Source: Dyella sp.
Lineage (GTDB): Bacteria > Pseudomonadota > Gammaproteobacteria > Xanthomonadales > Rhodanobacteraceae
NCBI RefSeq assembly: GCF_035277725.1
Contig: NZ_DATEJY010000222.1
Location: forward strand, 3,337 to 67,336
Direction of reading: 5' to 3'
Length of the DNA: 64,000 bases
A model generated the notes under the pieces. It was not told where the DNA came from and ran no database searches. It saw nothing but the letters and a program-made list of their open reading frames with translations. How positions within the stretch are numbered: the first letter of the stretch is position 1; the number at the start of each line of letters is the position of its first letter. The translations under genes were made by a program, and so were the position numbers. Positions 1 to 10,130 of the stretch are shown here, one piece after another.

Positions 1-33
1 CTTGCCGGCTTGCACGCCATCGGGTGATTTCAC

Positions 34-591
34 ATGCTCAACGACATCAAACGCGATGCCCAGACCCGCATGGGCAAGAGCATCGATGCCCTCAAGCACG
101 ACTTGTCCCGCCTGCGCACCGGCCGCGCAAGCACGACGCTGGTCGATGGCATCAAGGTGCCTTACTACGGCTCGGACATGCCGCTCAACCAAGTGGCGAC
201 GGTTGCCCTGGCCGATGGTCGCTCGATCGTCATTACACCGTTCGAAAAAAGCATGGTCGGTCCGGTCGAAAAAGCCCTGCTGGCTTCCGACCTCGGCATC
301 ACGCCCACTACCGCCGGCACGGTGATTCGCCTCAACATGCCGCCGCTCACGGAGGAGCGTCGCCGCGAGCTGGCCAAACACGTGTCGCATGAAGGCGAGA
401 ATGCGAAGATCGCCATCCGCAACGTGCGTCGCGACGCCTTGCAGCAGGTCAAGGATCTGCTCAAGGAAAAGAAGATCACCGAGGACGAAGAGCGCAAGGC
501 GGACGAAGATATCCAGAAGCTCACCGACCAGTTCGTCAAGGAAGTCGACAAACTGGCCAAGGCAAAAGAAGAAGAGTTGATGTCCATGTAA
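34..591 (+). CDS. frr: ribosome recycling factor
   Basis: 185-aa ORF (MLNDIKRDAQTRMGKSIDALKHDLSRLRTGRAS...) collinear with the RRF family. It sits upstream of uppS-cdsA as in other Proteobacteria. Confidence 0.97.
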   Translation: MLNDIKRDAQTRMGKSIDALKHDLSRLRTGRASTTLVDGIKVPYYGSDMPLNQVATVALADGRSIVITPFEKSMVGPVEKALLASDLGITPTTAGTVIRLNMPPLTEERRRELAKHVSHEGENAKIAIRNVRRDALQQVKDLLKEKKITEDEERKADEDIQKLTDQFVKEVDKLAKAKEEELMSM

Positions 592-855
592 GGCCATCGC
601 AGCATGCCGAGTCACCATGACCGGCATGCGCGTCCACGCCGATTGACGGAGGAGCAAAGAAGGGTGAGGGGTCCATCTTGCACTGCCACCGTCCCCATGC
701 GGGCTCCGGGCCAACGGAACGCGTGAACCTGCTTCCGCCAGCATTGTCCCTGCAGCGGGGGCAGAACGGGGCCGATATCTGGCCTTTCGCTGGCGAATGC
801 GGTTTCGGCAAGCTCCCGGACGCAGCAGCGTAGCCGCCACCGTTACTCTCCATCC

Positions 856-1602
856 ATGACCACGACCACGTTCAAACACATACCGCGCCATATCGGCATC
901 GTGATGGATGGCAATGGGCGCTGGGCGAAAGCCCGTCATCGTCCGCGCAGCTTTGGCCACAACGCTGGCCGCAAAGCCGTGCGCGAAGTCGTGGAAGGCT
1001 GCATTCGCCATGGCGTGGAAGCGCTGACGCTGTTCGCCTTCTCCAGCGAGAACTGGCAGCGGCCACCGGACGAAGTCAGCGCGCTGCTGGAACTCTTCAT
1101 GCGCGCGCTGGACAAGGAAGTGGACGAACTGGACGAAAACGGTGTGCGCCTGCGCTTCATCGGGGATTTGTCCGCCTTCGACAAGGCACTCCAAAAGCGC
1201 ATGATCGATGCGATGCATCGCACCTCAGGCAACATCAAGCTGCATTTGAACATCGCCGTGAACTACGGTGGCCGCTGGGACGTCGTGCAGGCTGCACGCA
1301 AAGCGGCCATGGCGGTGGCGCAAGGCGAGCTGTCGGTGGATGACATCGACGAAGCGTCGTTCGACCGCTGGACCAGCCTGTCCGAAGTGCCGCCGCTGGA
1401 CCTGTTCATTCGTACCGGCGGCGATCATCGCATCAGCAATTTTCTGCTGTGGCAGCTAGCCTATGCGGAGCTGTACTTCACCGAGACGCTGTGGCCGGAC
1501 TTCAACCAGGCTTCACTGCAGCTTGCCATCAACGACTTTGCCCGTCGTGAACGGCGCTTCGGCCGCACCGGCGACCAGGTCGCCCAGGCAGCGGTACGTT
1601 GA
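856..1602 (+). CDS. uppS: undecaprenyl-diphosphate synthase (cis-prenyltransferase)
   Basis: 248-aa ORF with HIGIVMDGNGRWA near the N-terminus and FIRTGGDHRISNFLLWQLAYAELYF near the C-terminus, both typical UppS motifs. Confidence 0.96.
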   Translation: MTTTTFKHIPRHIGIVMDGNGRWAKARHRPRSFGHNAGRKAVREVVEGCIRHGVEALTLFAFSSENWQRPPDEVSALLELFMRALDKEVDELDENGVRLRFIGDLSAFDKALQKRMIDAMHRTSGNIKLHLNIAVNYGGRWDVVQAARKAAMAVAQGELSVDDIDEASFDRWTSLSEVPPLDLFIRTGGDHRISNFLLWQLAYAELYFTETLWPDFNQASLQLAINDFARRERRFGRTGDQVAQAAVR

Positions 1603-1774
1603 GCCGGCCTGCGCTGGCCTGGCGGCGCGGCCTGAATCTTTCTGCTCAAGGGGCGAGGAGTAACCAAGGCATGCGTGCCGACGTGCGACGACATGTAAAT
1701 CCGGCCAGCAGCCATGCCTTCCGGCGCTCCCTTTCCCGCACAGCAGCTGCCGCTGCGAGCTGCTAGGAAACTCT

Positions 1775-2602
1775 ATGCTGCGACAGCGTGTCATTACCGC
1801 CCTGCTCCTTGCGCCGCTCGCGATCCTGCTGATCCTGTTGCTGCCGACCAGCGTATTTGCCTGCCTGCTGGCCGCGGCCTTCTTGGCCGCCACCTGGGAG
1901 TGGTCGCGGCTGGCCGGCATGACAAGCCGCGCGGCACGCGGCGTACTGCTCGGTTTCGCCCTGCTGGCCTTCGTGGCTCTATGGTGGTTGCGGAGCACGC
2001 CATGGCTATGGCCCGCACTGATCGTGGCCGGCGTGGCGTGGTGGCTGCTGGTGTGCGTATGGCTACGCCATTTCGCTTTCGCGGCGGCGCCGACTCCTGA
2101 AAACCGCAACCTGAAACTGCTGGCCGGAGCGTTCGTGGTATTTCCCGCCTGGGTGGCCGCGCTGGACATTCATGGCAGTCCATCGCACGGCCATGCATGG
2201 ACTTTCCTGGCCATGCTGCTGGTGTGGGCGGCCGACACCGGCGCCTATTTCGCCGGCAGCTGGTTCGGCAAGGGCAAGCGCAAGCTGGCGCCGCAGATCA
2301 GTCCCGGCAAGACCTGGGTGGGGGTATATGGCGCCTTCGCCACCAGTTCCCTGGTGGCGGCCGCGGCCGGGTGGTTGCTGGGTGTGCACGATCTGCGCCT
2401 GCTCGGCCTGATCGTGGTCAGTATCGTGACGGTCGCCGCCTCGATCATCGGTGACCTGCTGGAAAGCCTGATGAAACGCCACGCGAACGTGAAAGACTCC
2501 GGCGCTCTTTTCCCCGGCCACGGTGGCCTGCTGGACCGCCTGGACAGTGTGTTCGCTGCCTTGCCGGTTTTTGCGCTTGGAAAGCTCTTGCTGGGGCTTT
2601 GA
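1775..2602 (+). CDS. cdsA: phosphatidate cytidylyltransferase (CDP-diglyceride synthase)
   Basis: 275-aa polytopic membrane ORF. The C-terminal signature SLMKRHANVKDSGALFPGHGGLLDRLDS matches the CdsA family motif. Position after uppS. Confidence 0.93.
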   Translation: MLRQRVITALLLAPLAILLILLLPTSVFACLLAAAFLAATWEWSRLAGMTSRAARGVLLGFALLAFVALWWLRSTPWLWPALIVAGVAWWLLVCVWLRHFAFAAAPTPENRNLKLLAGAFVVFPAWVAALDIHGSPSHGHAWTFLAMLLVWAADTGAYFAGSWFGKGKRKLAPQISPGKTWVGVYGAFATSSLVAAAAGWLLGVHDLRLLGLIVVSIVTVAASIIGDLLESLMKRHANVKDSGALFPGHGGLLDRLDSVFAALPVFALGKLLLGL

Positions 2603-2789
2603 GGCGCGCCACACCTACATCCCTCGCCAGCAAGCGGCAGGAGAGGAAAGAACGGAACTGCCGCTGCCGACCGCGGTCGATATCCCAATCCCGAGCGTAC
2701 GCCACCGCGCAGCTTTTCCAGTCGCCCGGCGGGTACTTCGCAACGCTAGCTGATAAGCTTTGAATTCCTAAGAAGACGTACCCGCTTTG

Positions 2790-4142
2790 ATGAATCCCTT
2801 TTTCGGCTCGGTGTTCTGGTTACTGGTCACGCTAGGCGTGCTGGTGACCTTTCACGAATTCGGACACTACTGGGTCGCCCGCCGCTGCGGTGTGAAAGTG
2901 TTGCGCTTCTCGGTCGGCTTCGGCCGTGCCATCTGGAGGCGCATCGGCCGCGACGGCACTGAATACCAGATCGCCGCGATTCCACTCGGCGGCTACGTCA
3001 AGATGCTCGACGCGCGCGAGGGTGAGGTCGATCCTGCCGAACGCCATCAGGAGTTCACCGCGCAGCCGATCTGGAAACGCATCGCCATCGTCGCCGCCGG
3101 CCCGGGCTTCAATATCATTTTCACCATTGCCGCGTTCTGGCTGATGTTCGTCATGGGCCGCACGGACTACGCGCCGATCGTGACCGCCGCCCCGCAAAGC
3201 CTGGCCGCCGAGGCAGGCATCCATGAGGGCGATCGCCTGCTCACCGTTGGCGGCGAGCCGGTCACCACCTGGAGCGGTTCGTACGACGTCATCGCCAACG
3301 CGCTGCTTGGCCGCACGCCCCTGGCCGTCACCGTGCGCGGCACGGATGGCACGGAACGTTCGCTGGTTCTGCCGCTCAACCGCCTGCCGGCCGGCGAAGA
3401 CGTGGGGCAATACCTGGACAAGCTGGGCCTGGAACTGGCGCCGCCTCCACCGGTCGCCGCCACCGTCGAACCCGGCGATCCTGCCGCACTGGCCGGCTTG
3501 CAGGGTGGTGATCGCATCCTGCGCATCAACGGCACCGCGGTGAAGAACGATTTCAATGACATCGGCACGCTGGTGAAGGCCGCTGCCGCGAAATCGCCGC
3601 GCCTTTCGGTGGACGTCGAGCGTCATGGCAAACCGATGAACTTCATCGTCACGGCGCAGATGAAATCCGAAAAAGGCCAGCCGGTGCAGTGGATCATCGG
3701 CATCACCAGCCCGGCCGCCGAAGTCGCCATCCAGCATTACGGCCCGGCCAAGGCGATGGTTGAATCGCTCAGCCTCACGTGGCAGCGCACCACCGACACC
3801 TTCAGCATGGTCGGCAAGATGATTACCGGCGAGGCGTCGACCAAGAACATTTCAGGCGTCATCGGCATTGCGCAAGTCGCCAACGCGGCAGCGCAAATGG
3901 GGCTGGATCGCTTCCTGGAATTTCTCGGCCTGGTGTCACTGAGCCTGGCCATCATCAACCTGCTGCCCATTCCGGTCTTGGATGGCGGCCATCTGCTGTA
4001 TTACCTTATCGAGCTGATCAAAGGCAGCCCGGTCAGCGAACGGACCATGATCGCGGGCCAGTACGTGGGCATCGCCTTGCTGTTCACGCTGATGGGGTTG
4101 GCGTTCTACAACGACATCCATCGCATCATCCTGCCCTCGTGA
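2790..4142 (+). CDS. rseP: RIP zinc metalloprotease RseP (site-2 protease)
   Basis: HEFGHYW (HExxH) in the first TM helix, a central PDZ-like region and a C-terminal NLLPIPVLDGGH motif. The ATG at 2790 follows an in-frame TTG at 2787. Confidence 0.95.
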   Translation: MNPFFGSVFWLLVTLGVLVTFHEFGHYWVARRCGVKVLRFSVGFGRAIWRRIGRDGTEYQIAAIPLGGYVKMLDAREGEVDPAERHQEFTAQPIWKRIAIVAAGPGFNIIFTIAAFWLMFVMGRTDYAPIVTAAPQSLAAEAGIHEGDRLLTVGGEPVTTWSGSYDVIANALLGRTPLAVTVRGTDGTERSLVLPLNRLPAGEDVGQYLDKLGLELAPPPPVAATVEPGDPAALAGLQGGDRILRINGTAVKNDFNDIGTLVKAAAAKSPRLSVDVERHGKPMNFIVTAQMKSEKGQPVQWIIGITSPAAEVAIQHYGPAKAMVESLSLTWQRTTDTFSMVGKMITGEASTKNISGVIGIAQVANAAAQMGLDRFLEFLGLVSLSLAIINLLPIPVLDGGHLLYYLIELIKGSPVSERTMIAGQYVGIALLFTLMGLAFYNDIHRIILPS

Positions 4143-4362
4143 GACGGATGCGCGCCGCCTGCAACCTCATGGTTGAGTGCTGGCCGCGGTCATCCTATTG
4201 CGTGGCAAACCTCGCGCCCTGCGCGGTGACCGGTGTCTCTTTACCGGTGCTGCCAGCGCAAGTGGGGAAAACAACATGAGGCCGGGATGATGCCGGCTTT
4301 GGAAAAAATGCAGCGGGGCGGCCGCATGACCGCCCCGTCCGAATAACACAACGGAATCGACG

Positions 4363-6795
4363 ATGAAGCGTATCGCCGCCCTGATCCTGCTTGCCTCCCT
4401 GTCCACCAGCGCGTTCGCGCTGGACCCCTTCGTCGTTTCCGACATCCGCATCGAAGGCCTGAACCGCATCTCCGCCGGTACCGTATTCAACTACCTGCAG
4501 ATCAACAAGGGCGACCGGCTCACCTCCGAAGAAGCCCAACAGGCCATTCGCGCGCTGTACAACACCAAGTTCTTCAGCGACGTAGAGCTGGATCGCGACG
4601 GCAACATCCTGGTGATCAAGGTGACCGAGCGTCCGTCGATTGCCAAGCTGTCGATTCGCGGCAATAGCGACATCAAGACCGACGACTTGAAGAAGGGCCT
4701 GAAGGACATCGGCCTGTCCGAAGGCGAGACCTTCGACCGCCTCGCATTGGACCGCGTGCAGCAGGAACTGATCCGCCAGTACTACAACCGCGGCAAGTAC
4801 AACGTGTCGGTGATTCCGCACGTCACCACGCTTGACCGCAACCGCGTATCCATCGACATCGAAATCCGCGAAGGCAAGGTTGCCAAGGTCAAGGAAGTGA
4901 ACATCGTTGGCAACACGGCGTTCACCGACAAGGAAATCGAAGACAACTTCGAAACCGGTACGACCAACCTGCTCTCGTGGTATTCGAAGAACGACCAGTA
5001 CTCGCAGGACAAACTGTCGGGCGACTTGAAGAAACTGCAGTCCTACTACATGGATCGCGGCTACGCCGACTTCGGCATCGACTCCACCCAGGTCACCATT
5101 GCGCCGGACAAGCGTGCGATGTACATCGCCGCCGACGTGATCCAGGGCGACATCTACCACATCTCCGGCACGCACCTGCTCGGTCAGCTGATCCTGCCCG
5201 AAGACACGCTGCGCAGGCTGGTGTTCGTGAAAGATGGCGACCTGTTCAACCGCCGCGCCATCGAGGCAACCTCCGATTCGATCAAGGCACTGCTGGCCAA
5301 CATCGGTTACGCCTTCGCCAAGGTCAATTCGGTACCCAAGCTCGACAAAGACAAGAAGACTGTCGACGTGACCTGGTATATCCAGCCGGGTCCGCGCGTG
5401 TACGTGCGCCGCGTGATCTTCCAGGGCAATACCCGCACGGAAGACGACGTGCTGCGTCGTGAAATGCGCCAGCTCGAAGGCTCGTGGTACTCGCAGGCCG
5501 CGATCGACCGTTCGAAGATCCGCTTGCAGCAGCTGGGCTATTTCAAGACCGTCACCATCGACAAGCAGACCGTACCGGGCAGCGATGACGAAGTCGATCT
5601 GACGGCGAAGGTGGAAGAACAATCCGCCGGCAGCCTGACCTTCGGCGTGGGTTACTCGCAGTACTCGGGCATCATCCTGTCCAGCTCGGTATCGCAGAAG
5701 AACTTCCTCGGCACCGGCGACCAATTCAGCATCGGTGCGCAGCGCAGCGATTACCTCACGTCGATCAACGCGGGCTACTACAACCCGTATCTGACCGAGA
5801 ACGGCATCGGCATCGGCTACAACGCCACCTTCTCGAAGGCCGACTACAGCAGCCTGGGCAGCCAGTACGCGAGCTATTCGAACAGCACCAAATCATTCTC
5901 GACCACCATCGGCATTCCGATCACCGACTTCGACCGCCTGAGCGGCAGCCTCGGTATCGGCAGCACCAAGATCAACACCTATTACGGCTACACGCCGCAG
6001 GTGCTGATCGACTACATCAACGCGCTGGGCCACGAGACCATCCATACCTGGACCGGCTCGCTGAGCTGGATCCACGACACGCGCAACTCGTATTGGGCGC
6101 CCACACACGGCGGTCAGCTCACCGCGGGCGTGAACGTGGCACTGCCAGGCTCCACCGTGCAGTATTGGACCTTTAACGCCGAAGCCAACCATTACTGGCC
6201 GCTGTGGAAGGGTTTCGTGCTGTACCTGGATGGCAAGGTGGCCTACGGCGATACCTACGGAACGCAGAAATTCGAGAACACCACGGCTGACTACAATGCC
6301 GCCACCGGTGTCGGCTACAAGGCTGGCGACAAGGTCACCTTCCCGTTCTGGATGAACTTCTACGCGGGCGGTGTGACCGACCTGCGCGGCTTCCAGGACA
6401 ACACCCTCGGCCCGCGCGCTTGCGCCGGCGCGGCTACCGACGGTTCGCCCATCAAGCCCGCCGCCAACGGCTACTGCCAAGGCAGCCCCTATACCTATGC
6501 GCAGCCGATCGGCGGTGCGTTCAAGGTGCTGGGCACGGCCGAGATCTACCTGCCGCTGCCGTTCCTCAAGGACATCAACACCGCACGCGTGTCGTTGTTC
6601 ATGGACGTCGGCCAGGCCTATCAGAACGTCCAGAGCTTCAGCACGAAGACGCTGGATGCATCGGCCGGCATCTCGTTGCACTGGCAGGCACCGATCGGCC
6701 CGCTGATCATCAGCCTAGGCACGCCGATCCGCTCGCAGCCTGGCGACAGCCAGTACGAAGAACGCATCCAGTTCACCTTCGGCAGCCAGTTCTAA
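4363..6795 (+). CDS. bamA: outer membrane protein assembly factor BamA
   Basis: 810-aa ORF with signal peptide MKRIAALILLASLSTSAFA, POTRA-like N-terminal repeats and a beta-barrel ending in ...IQFTFGSQF. Position after rseP. Confidence 0.97.
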   Translation: MKRIAALILLASLSTSAFALDPFVVSDIRIEGLNRISAGTVFNYLQINKGDRLTSEEAQQAIRALYNTKFFSDVELDRDGNILVIKVTERPSIAKLSIRGNSDIKTDDLKKGLKDIGLSEGETFDRLALDRVQQELIRQYYNRGKYNVSVIPHVTTLDRNRVSIDIEIREGKVAKVKEVNIVGNTAFTDKEIEDNFETGTTNLLSWYSKNDQYSQDKLSGDLKKLQSYYMDRGYADFGIDSTQVTIAPDKRAMYIAADVIQGDIYHISGTHLLGQLILPEDTLRRLVFVKDGDLFNRRAIEATSDSIKALLANIGYAFAKVNSVPKLDKDKKTVDVTWYIQPGPRVYVRRVIFQGNTRTEDDVLRREMRQLEGSWYSQAAIDRSKIRLQQLGYFKTVTIDKQTVPGSDDEVDLTAKVEEQSAGSLTFGVGYSQYSGIILSSSVSQKNFLGTGDQFSIGAQRSDYLTSINAGYYNPYLTENGIGIGYNATFSKADYSSLGSQYASYSNSTKSFSTTIGIPITDFDRLSGSLGIGSTKINTYYGYTPQVLIDYINALGHETIHTWTGSLSWIHDTRNSYWAPTHGGQLTAGVNVALPGSTVQYWTFNAEANHYWPLWKGFVLYLDGKVAYGDTYGTQKFENTTADYNAATGVGYKAGDKVTFPFWMNFYAGGVTDLRGFQDNTLGPRACAGAATDGSPIKPAANGYCQGSPYTYAQPIGGAFKVLGTAEIYLPLPFLKDINTARVSLFMDVGQAYQNVQSFSTKTLDASAGISLHWQAPIGPLIISLGTPIRSQPGDSQYEERIQFTFGSQF

Positions 6796-6810
6796 TTGCC
6801 ATCACCTTAC

Positions 6811-6836
6811 GACGCCGCGGCCCGGTCCGCGGCGTC
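6811..6836 (+). terminator. GC-rich hairpin just after the bamA stop (possible terminator, no U-tract)
   Basis: Perfect 10-bp stem GACGCCGCGG / CCGCGGCGTC with loop CCCGGT, starting 15 nt after the bamA stop codon. No T-run follows. Confidence 0.4.
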
Positions 6837-6954
6837 GCCGTGTCCAGCCTTGCAAACACAGGCTCGCGCACACCGGTCTACCGGATCCGATCGTTCCGCC
6901 ATCGTTCCGGGGCATTCCCAAGTTCGACGCTCTGCTCGTGAAGTGAGGGGAACG

Positions 6955-9024
6955 ATGCAAGCTGTCCGGTCAATGAGAACTAACTCATCCACCCTGTCAC
7001 GCAGGCAGCGGACGCTCGTCTGGGGCGCGGCCGTGGCGCTGCTTTTGCTGTTCACCATGCAGGTGTTCAACGTGGTGCGGCAGGAATCCCTCAGCTGGGA
7101 CGAAGGCGACCACATCTTTGCCGGCTATATGGGATGGAAAACCCACGACTTCGGGTTCAATCCCGAGCATCCGCCGCTGATGAAAGCCGTGGCGACGATC
7201 CCGCTGCTGGGATTGCCGTTGAAGGTATCCACCGACCAGCATCGTTTCTTCAAGGACGAGGCCTATCTTGATGGCCGCGCCTTGTTGTTCGACAACGCGC
7301 CGTTCAATGCGCAGTCCTTGACCTTGCGTGTGCGGCTGGCGGCCGGCGTGGTGGCGCTGTCGCTGGCCGTACTGGTGTTTGCGGCAGCATGGGAAATGTT
7401 CGGCGCCGGCGCGGCGTTGCTGGCATTGGCGCTGCTGTGTTTCGAACCGAACGTGCTGGCACACAGTGCATTGGTCACCACCGATATCGGCGTTTCATGC
7501 TTCCTGCTGGCTGCGGTGTACGCGTTCTACCGTTACAACAAGGCTCCCTCGTTGTGGCGCTTGTTGATCGCTGGTGTGGCGGCCGGACTCGCCTTGGCGA
7601 CGAAACACTCCGCCATCCTGCTGGTGCCGATGCTTGCTGCACTCGCCGTCGTGGAGCTTATCTGCCCGGCCGATCGCAACACCCCGCTCGATGCTCCTTT
7701 ACCCAAGCGTATCCTGCGATTGGGAGGTGCCCTGATCGCCATCGGTGCCGCCGGCCTGCTGGTGCTGTGGAGTTTCTACGGTTTTCGCTATGCCGCGCGC
7801 CCGGATGGACTCCAGCTTGCTCCGTCACTGATCGAGTATGTGAAACCGCTGCGCCCCCTTGAGGCAAAGGGCATCCTGCTGCTGGCGCGCTGGCATGTGC
7901 TGCCGGAATCCTATCTTTATGGCCTGACGGACGTGCGCTCGATGGCCAACGGCATGCCGAGTTTCATCTTCGGCAAGGTCTACGACCACGGCGTCTGGTT
8001 CTACTTCCCGGCCATATTGGCGATCAAGTCCACGCTCGGCTTTCTCGGCATGCTGCTGCTTGCGATCGCCGCACTCGTTGCGCGTAGCTGGCCACGCCCG
8101 CGCGAGGCGCTGTACCTGTTGCTGCCGGCACTGATCTATCTATGGGTGGCGATGCAGTCCAGCTTGAATATCGGCGCCCGCCACATCATGCCGGTGTATG
8201 TCTTCCTGCTGGTGTTTGCGGCCGGCGGTTGCTGGGCCTTGATGCAACGCGGCGGAGCCTGGCAACGCAAATCCACCGTGCTGATAGCCTTCTTGCTGGC
8301 CGCACACGTGACCTCCTCGGTGCGCGCCTATCCCAACTACATGGCCTATTCGAACGAACTGTGGGGAGGTCCGGCGCAAACCTATAAGGTGCTCACGGAT
8401 TCAAGCGCGGATTGGGCGCAACAACTGCTGGCCGTGAAACAGTATCTGGACAGCCGCGGCATCAAGAACTGCTGGTTCGCCTACTTTGCACAGCCTTTCA
8501 TAAGGCCTGCGGACTACGGCATTCCATGCAAGCTGCTGCCGACACCCGATGGCATCTGGCAGAAGATGGATACCGACGTGCCACCCGTCATCCACGGCCC
8601 TGTACTGATCAGCGCGGGCGACTGGACGTGGTACGAGATGGGCCCCAGCTCGCCCAATCCTTACGAGTCGTTTCAACACCTGCAACCCGTGGCCAACATC
8701 CAGGATGGCGTGCTGGTTTACGAAGGCGACTTCCACGTGCCGCTGGCTTCGGCGCTGGGCCATATCCAGCGTTCCAGCAACCTGCTGGAGCAGAAAAAAA
8801 CCGCCGAAGCCGTAGCCGAAGCACGCACTGTCGTGGCTATCGCGCCCGATGCCGTGCAAGCCCAACTGGCGCTCGGCGATGCGCTGGCCGCGCAGGCTGA
8901 CAGCGGCGGCGCCCACGCCGCTTATCGCGCCGCATTGAGTTTGGCCGCCCAGATGGCGCCAGGCGCGCGGGAAACCTGGAGCGAACGCATCCGGCAGAAG
9001 CTGCAGACGGTGACCCCGCCGTGA
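6955..9024 (+). CDS. GT-C fold glycosyltransferase (family 39 / PMT_2 / ArnT-like) with C-terminal TPR-like tail
   Basis: Start chosen at ATG 6955, preceded by GAGGGG. There are many TM segments and an acidic first-loop motif SWDEGDHIFAGY...NPEHPPLMK typical of PMT/ArnT-like enzymes. The C-terminal ~90 aa is Ala-rich and helical-repeat-like (AEAVAEARTVVAIAPDAVQAQLALGDALAAQ...). Confidence 0.8.
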   Translation: MQAVRSMRTNSSTLSRRQRTLVWGAAVALLLLFTMQVFNVVRQESLSWDEGDHIFAGYMGWKTHDFGFNPEHPPLMKAVATIPLLGLPLKVSTDQHRFFKDEAYLDGRALLFDNAPFNAQSLTLRVRLAAGVVALSLAVLVFAAAWEMFGAGAALLALALLCFEPNVLAHSALVTTDIGVSCFLLAAVYAFYRYNKAPSLWRLLIAGVAAGLALATKHSAILLVPMLAALAVVELICPADRNTPLDAPLPKRILRLGGALIAIGAAGLLVLWSFYGFRYAARPDGLQLAPSLIEYVKPLRPLEAKGILLLARWHVLPESYLYGLTDVRSMANGMPSFIFGKVYDHGVWFYFPAILAIKSTLGFLGMLLLAIAALVARSWPRPREALYLLLPALIYLWVAMQSSLNIGARHIMPVYVFLLVFAAGGCWALMQRGGAWQRKSTVLIAFLLAAHVTSSVRAYPNYMAYSNELWGGPAQTYKVLTDSSADWAQQLLAVKQYLDSRGIKNCWFAYFAQPFIRPADYGIPCKLLPTPDGIWQKMDTDVPPVIHGPVLISAGDWTWYEMGPSSPNPYESFQHLQPVANIQDGVLVYEGDFHVPLASALGHIQRSSNLLEQKKTAEAVAEARTVVAIAPDAVQAQLALGDALAAQADSGGAHAAYRAALSLAAQMAPGARETWSERIRQKLQTVTPP

Positions 9025-9077
9025 ACGCGGCAGGGGCCAACCCTCTACAATGCCGCCGCTGCCTTGGAGTTTGAGGA

Positions 9078-10106
9078 ATGAATCCAATCCGTTACAGCGT
9101 TGCCCAGCTTGCCGAACGTTTCGCCCTGGAGTTCCAGGGTGACGGGGCACGCATCATCGATGGTGTCGGCACACTTGCCGCTGCAGGTCCGACCCAGCTG
9201 AGCTTTCTTTCCAACAGCAAATACGCCGCGCAACTGGCCACCACGCGCGCCGGCGTGGTGGTGGTGAATCGCGATGCCGCGGAAAGTTGTCCCACCGCGA
9301 CCCTGATCGCCCGCGATCCGTACGTGGCCTACGCGCACATAGCCGCCTTGTTCGAGCGCCTGCCGGCCGCGACGCCGGGCGTGCATCCCACGGCGGTGAT
9401 CGCACCGAGTGCGCGCGTCAGTCCGTCGGCAAGCATCGGCCCCTGCTGCGTCATCGAAGACGGCGCCGTGGTCGAAGACGGCGCCATCCTCGGCCCGCAT
9501 TGCATCATCGGTCCCGAATGCACGGTCGGTGCGCAGTCGCGGCTGGTCGCGCGCGTCACCTTGGTAATCCGCGTGACGCTGGGCAAGCGCGTGCTGGCGC
9601 ATCCGGGCGCGGTGATCGGCTCGGACGGCTTCGGCCTGGCGTTCGATCGCGACCACTGGGTGAAGCTGCCGCAGCTGGGCGGCGTGCGCATCGGCGACGA
9701 CTGTGAAATCGGCGCCAACACCACCATCGATCGTGGTGCGCTGGACGACACCGTGCTGGAAGAAGACGTGCGCCTGGACAACCAGATCCAGATCGCCCAC
9801 AACGTCTACATCGGTGCACACACCGCCATGGCCGGCTGCGCCGCCGTGGCCGGCAGTGCGAAAATCGGCCGTTATTGCATGATCGGCGGCAATGCCGGCG
9901 TGCTCGGCCATCTCGAATTGGCCGACCGGGTTACCATTACGGCCAAGAGCCTGGTGACTCATTCGATTCGGGAGGCTGGCGAGTATTCCTCCGGGGTGCC
10001 GCTGCAGGAGAACCGACAGTGGCGCCGCAATGCTGCGCGCTTCAAGCACCTGGACGAATACGCGCGCCGATTGTCGGCGCTGGAAAAGGATAAGAACGAT
10101 GATTAA
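9078..10106 (+). CDS. lpxD: UDP-3-O-acylglucosamine N-acyltransferase
   Basis: 342-aa ORF with hexapeptide (left-handed beta-helix) repeats, followed by fabZ-lpxA-lpxB in canonical order. Confidence 0.96.
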   Translation: MNPIRYSVAQLAERFALEFQGDGARIIDGVGTLAAAGPTQLSFLSNSKYAAQLATTRAGVVVVNRDAAESCPTATLIARDPYVAYAHIAALFERLPAATPGVHPTAVIAPSARVSPSASIGPCCVIEDGAVVEDGAILGPHCIIGPECTVGAQSRLVARVTLVIRVTLGKRVLAHPGAVIGSDGFGLAFDRDHWVKLPQLGGVRIGDDCEIGANTTIDRGALDDTVLEEDVRLDNQIQIAHNVYIGAHTAMAGCAAVAGSAKIGRYCMIGGNAGVLGHLELADRVTITAKSLVTHSIREAGEYSSGVPLQENRQWRRNAARFKHLDEYARRLSALEKDKNDD

Positions 10107-10130
10107 GAGCCTGTGTTCACACTCCAAGCA

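Noticed and set aside
592-855. 264-nt frr/uppS spacer with an 8-bp-stem hairpin (GCATGCCG...CGGCATGC, 602-629)
   Set aside because: There is no U-tract, no ORF and no recognisable RNA motif. The evidence is too weak to call a terminator or sRNA.
4195-5724. 509-aa minus-strand ORF antisense to bamA
   Set aside because: It lies entirely inside the well-supported bamA gene. Its Arg/Ala/Gly/Val-rich, low-complexity composition is typical of antisense frames in high-GC DNA. It has no recognisable motifs and no SD.
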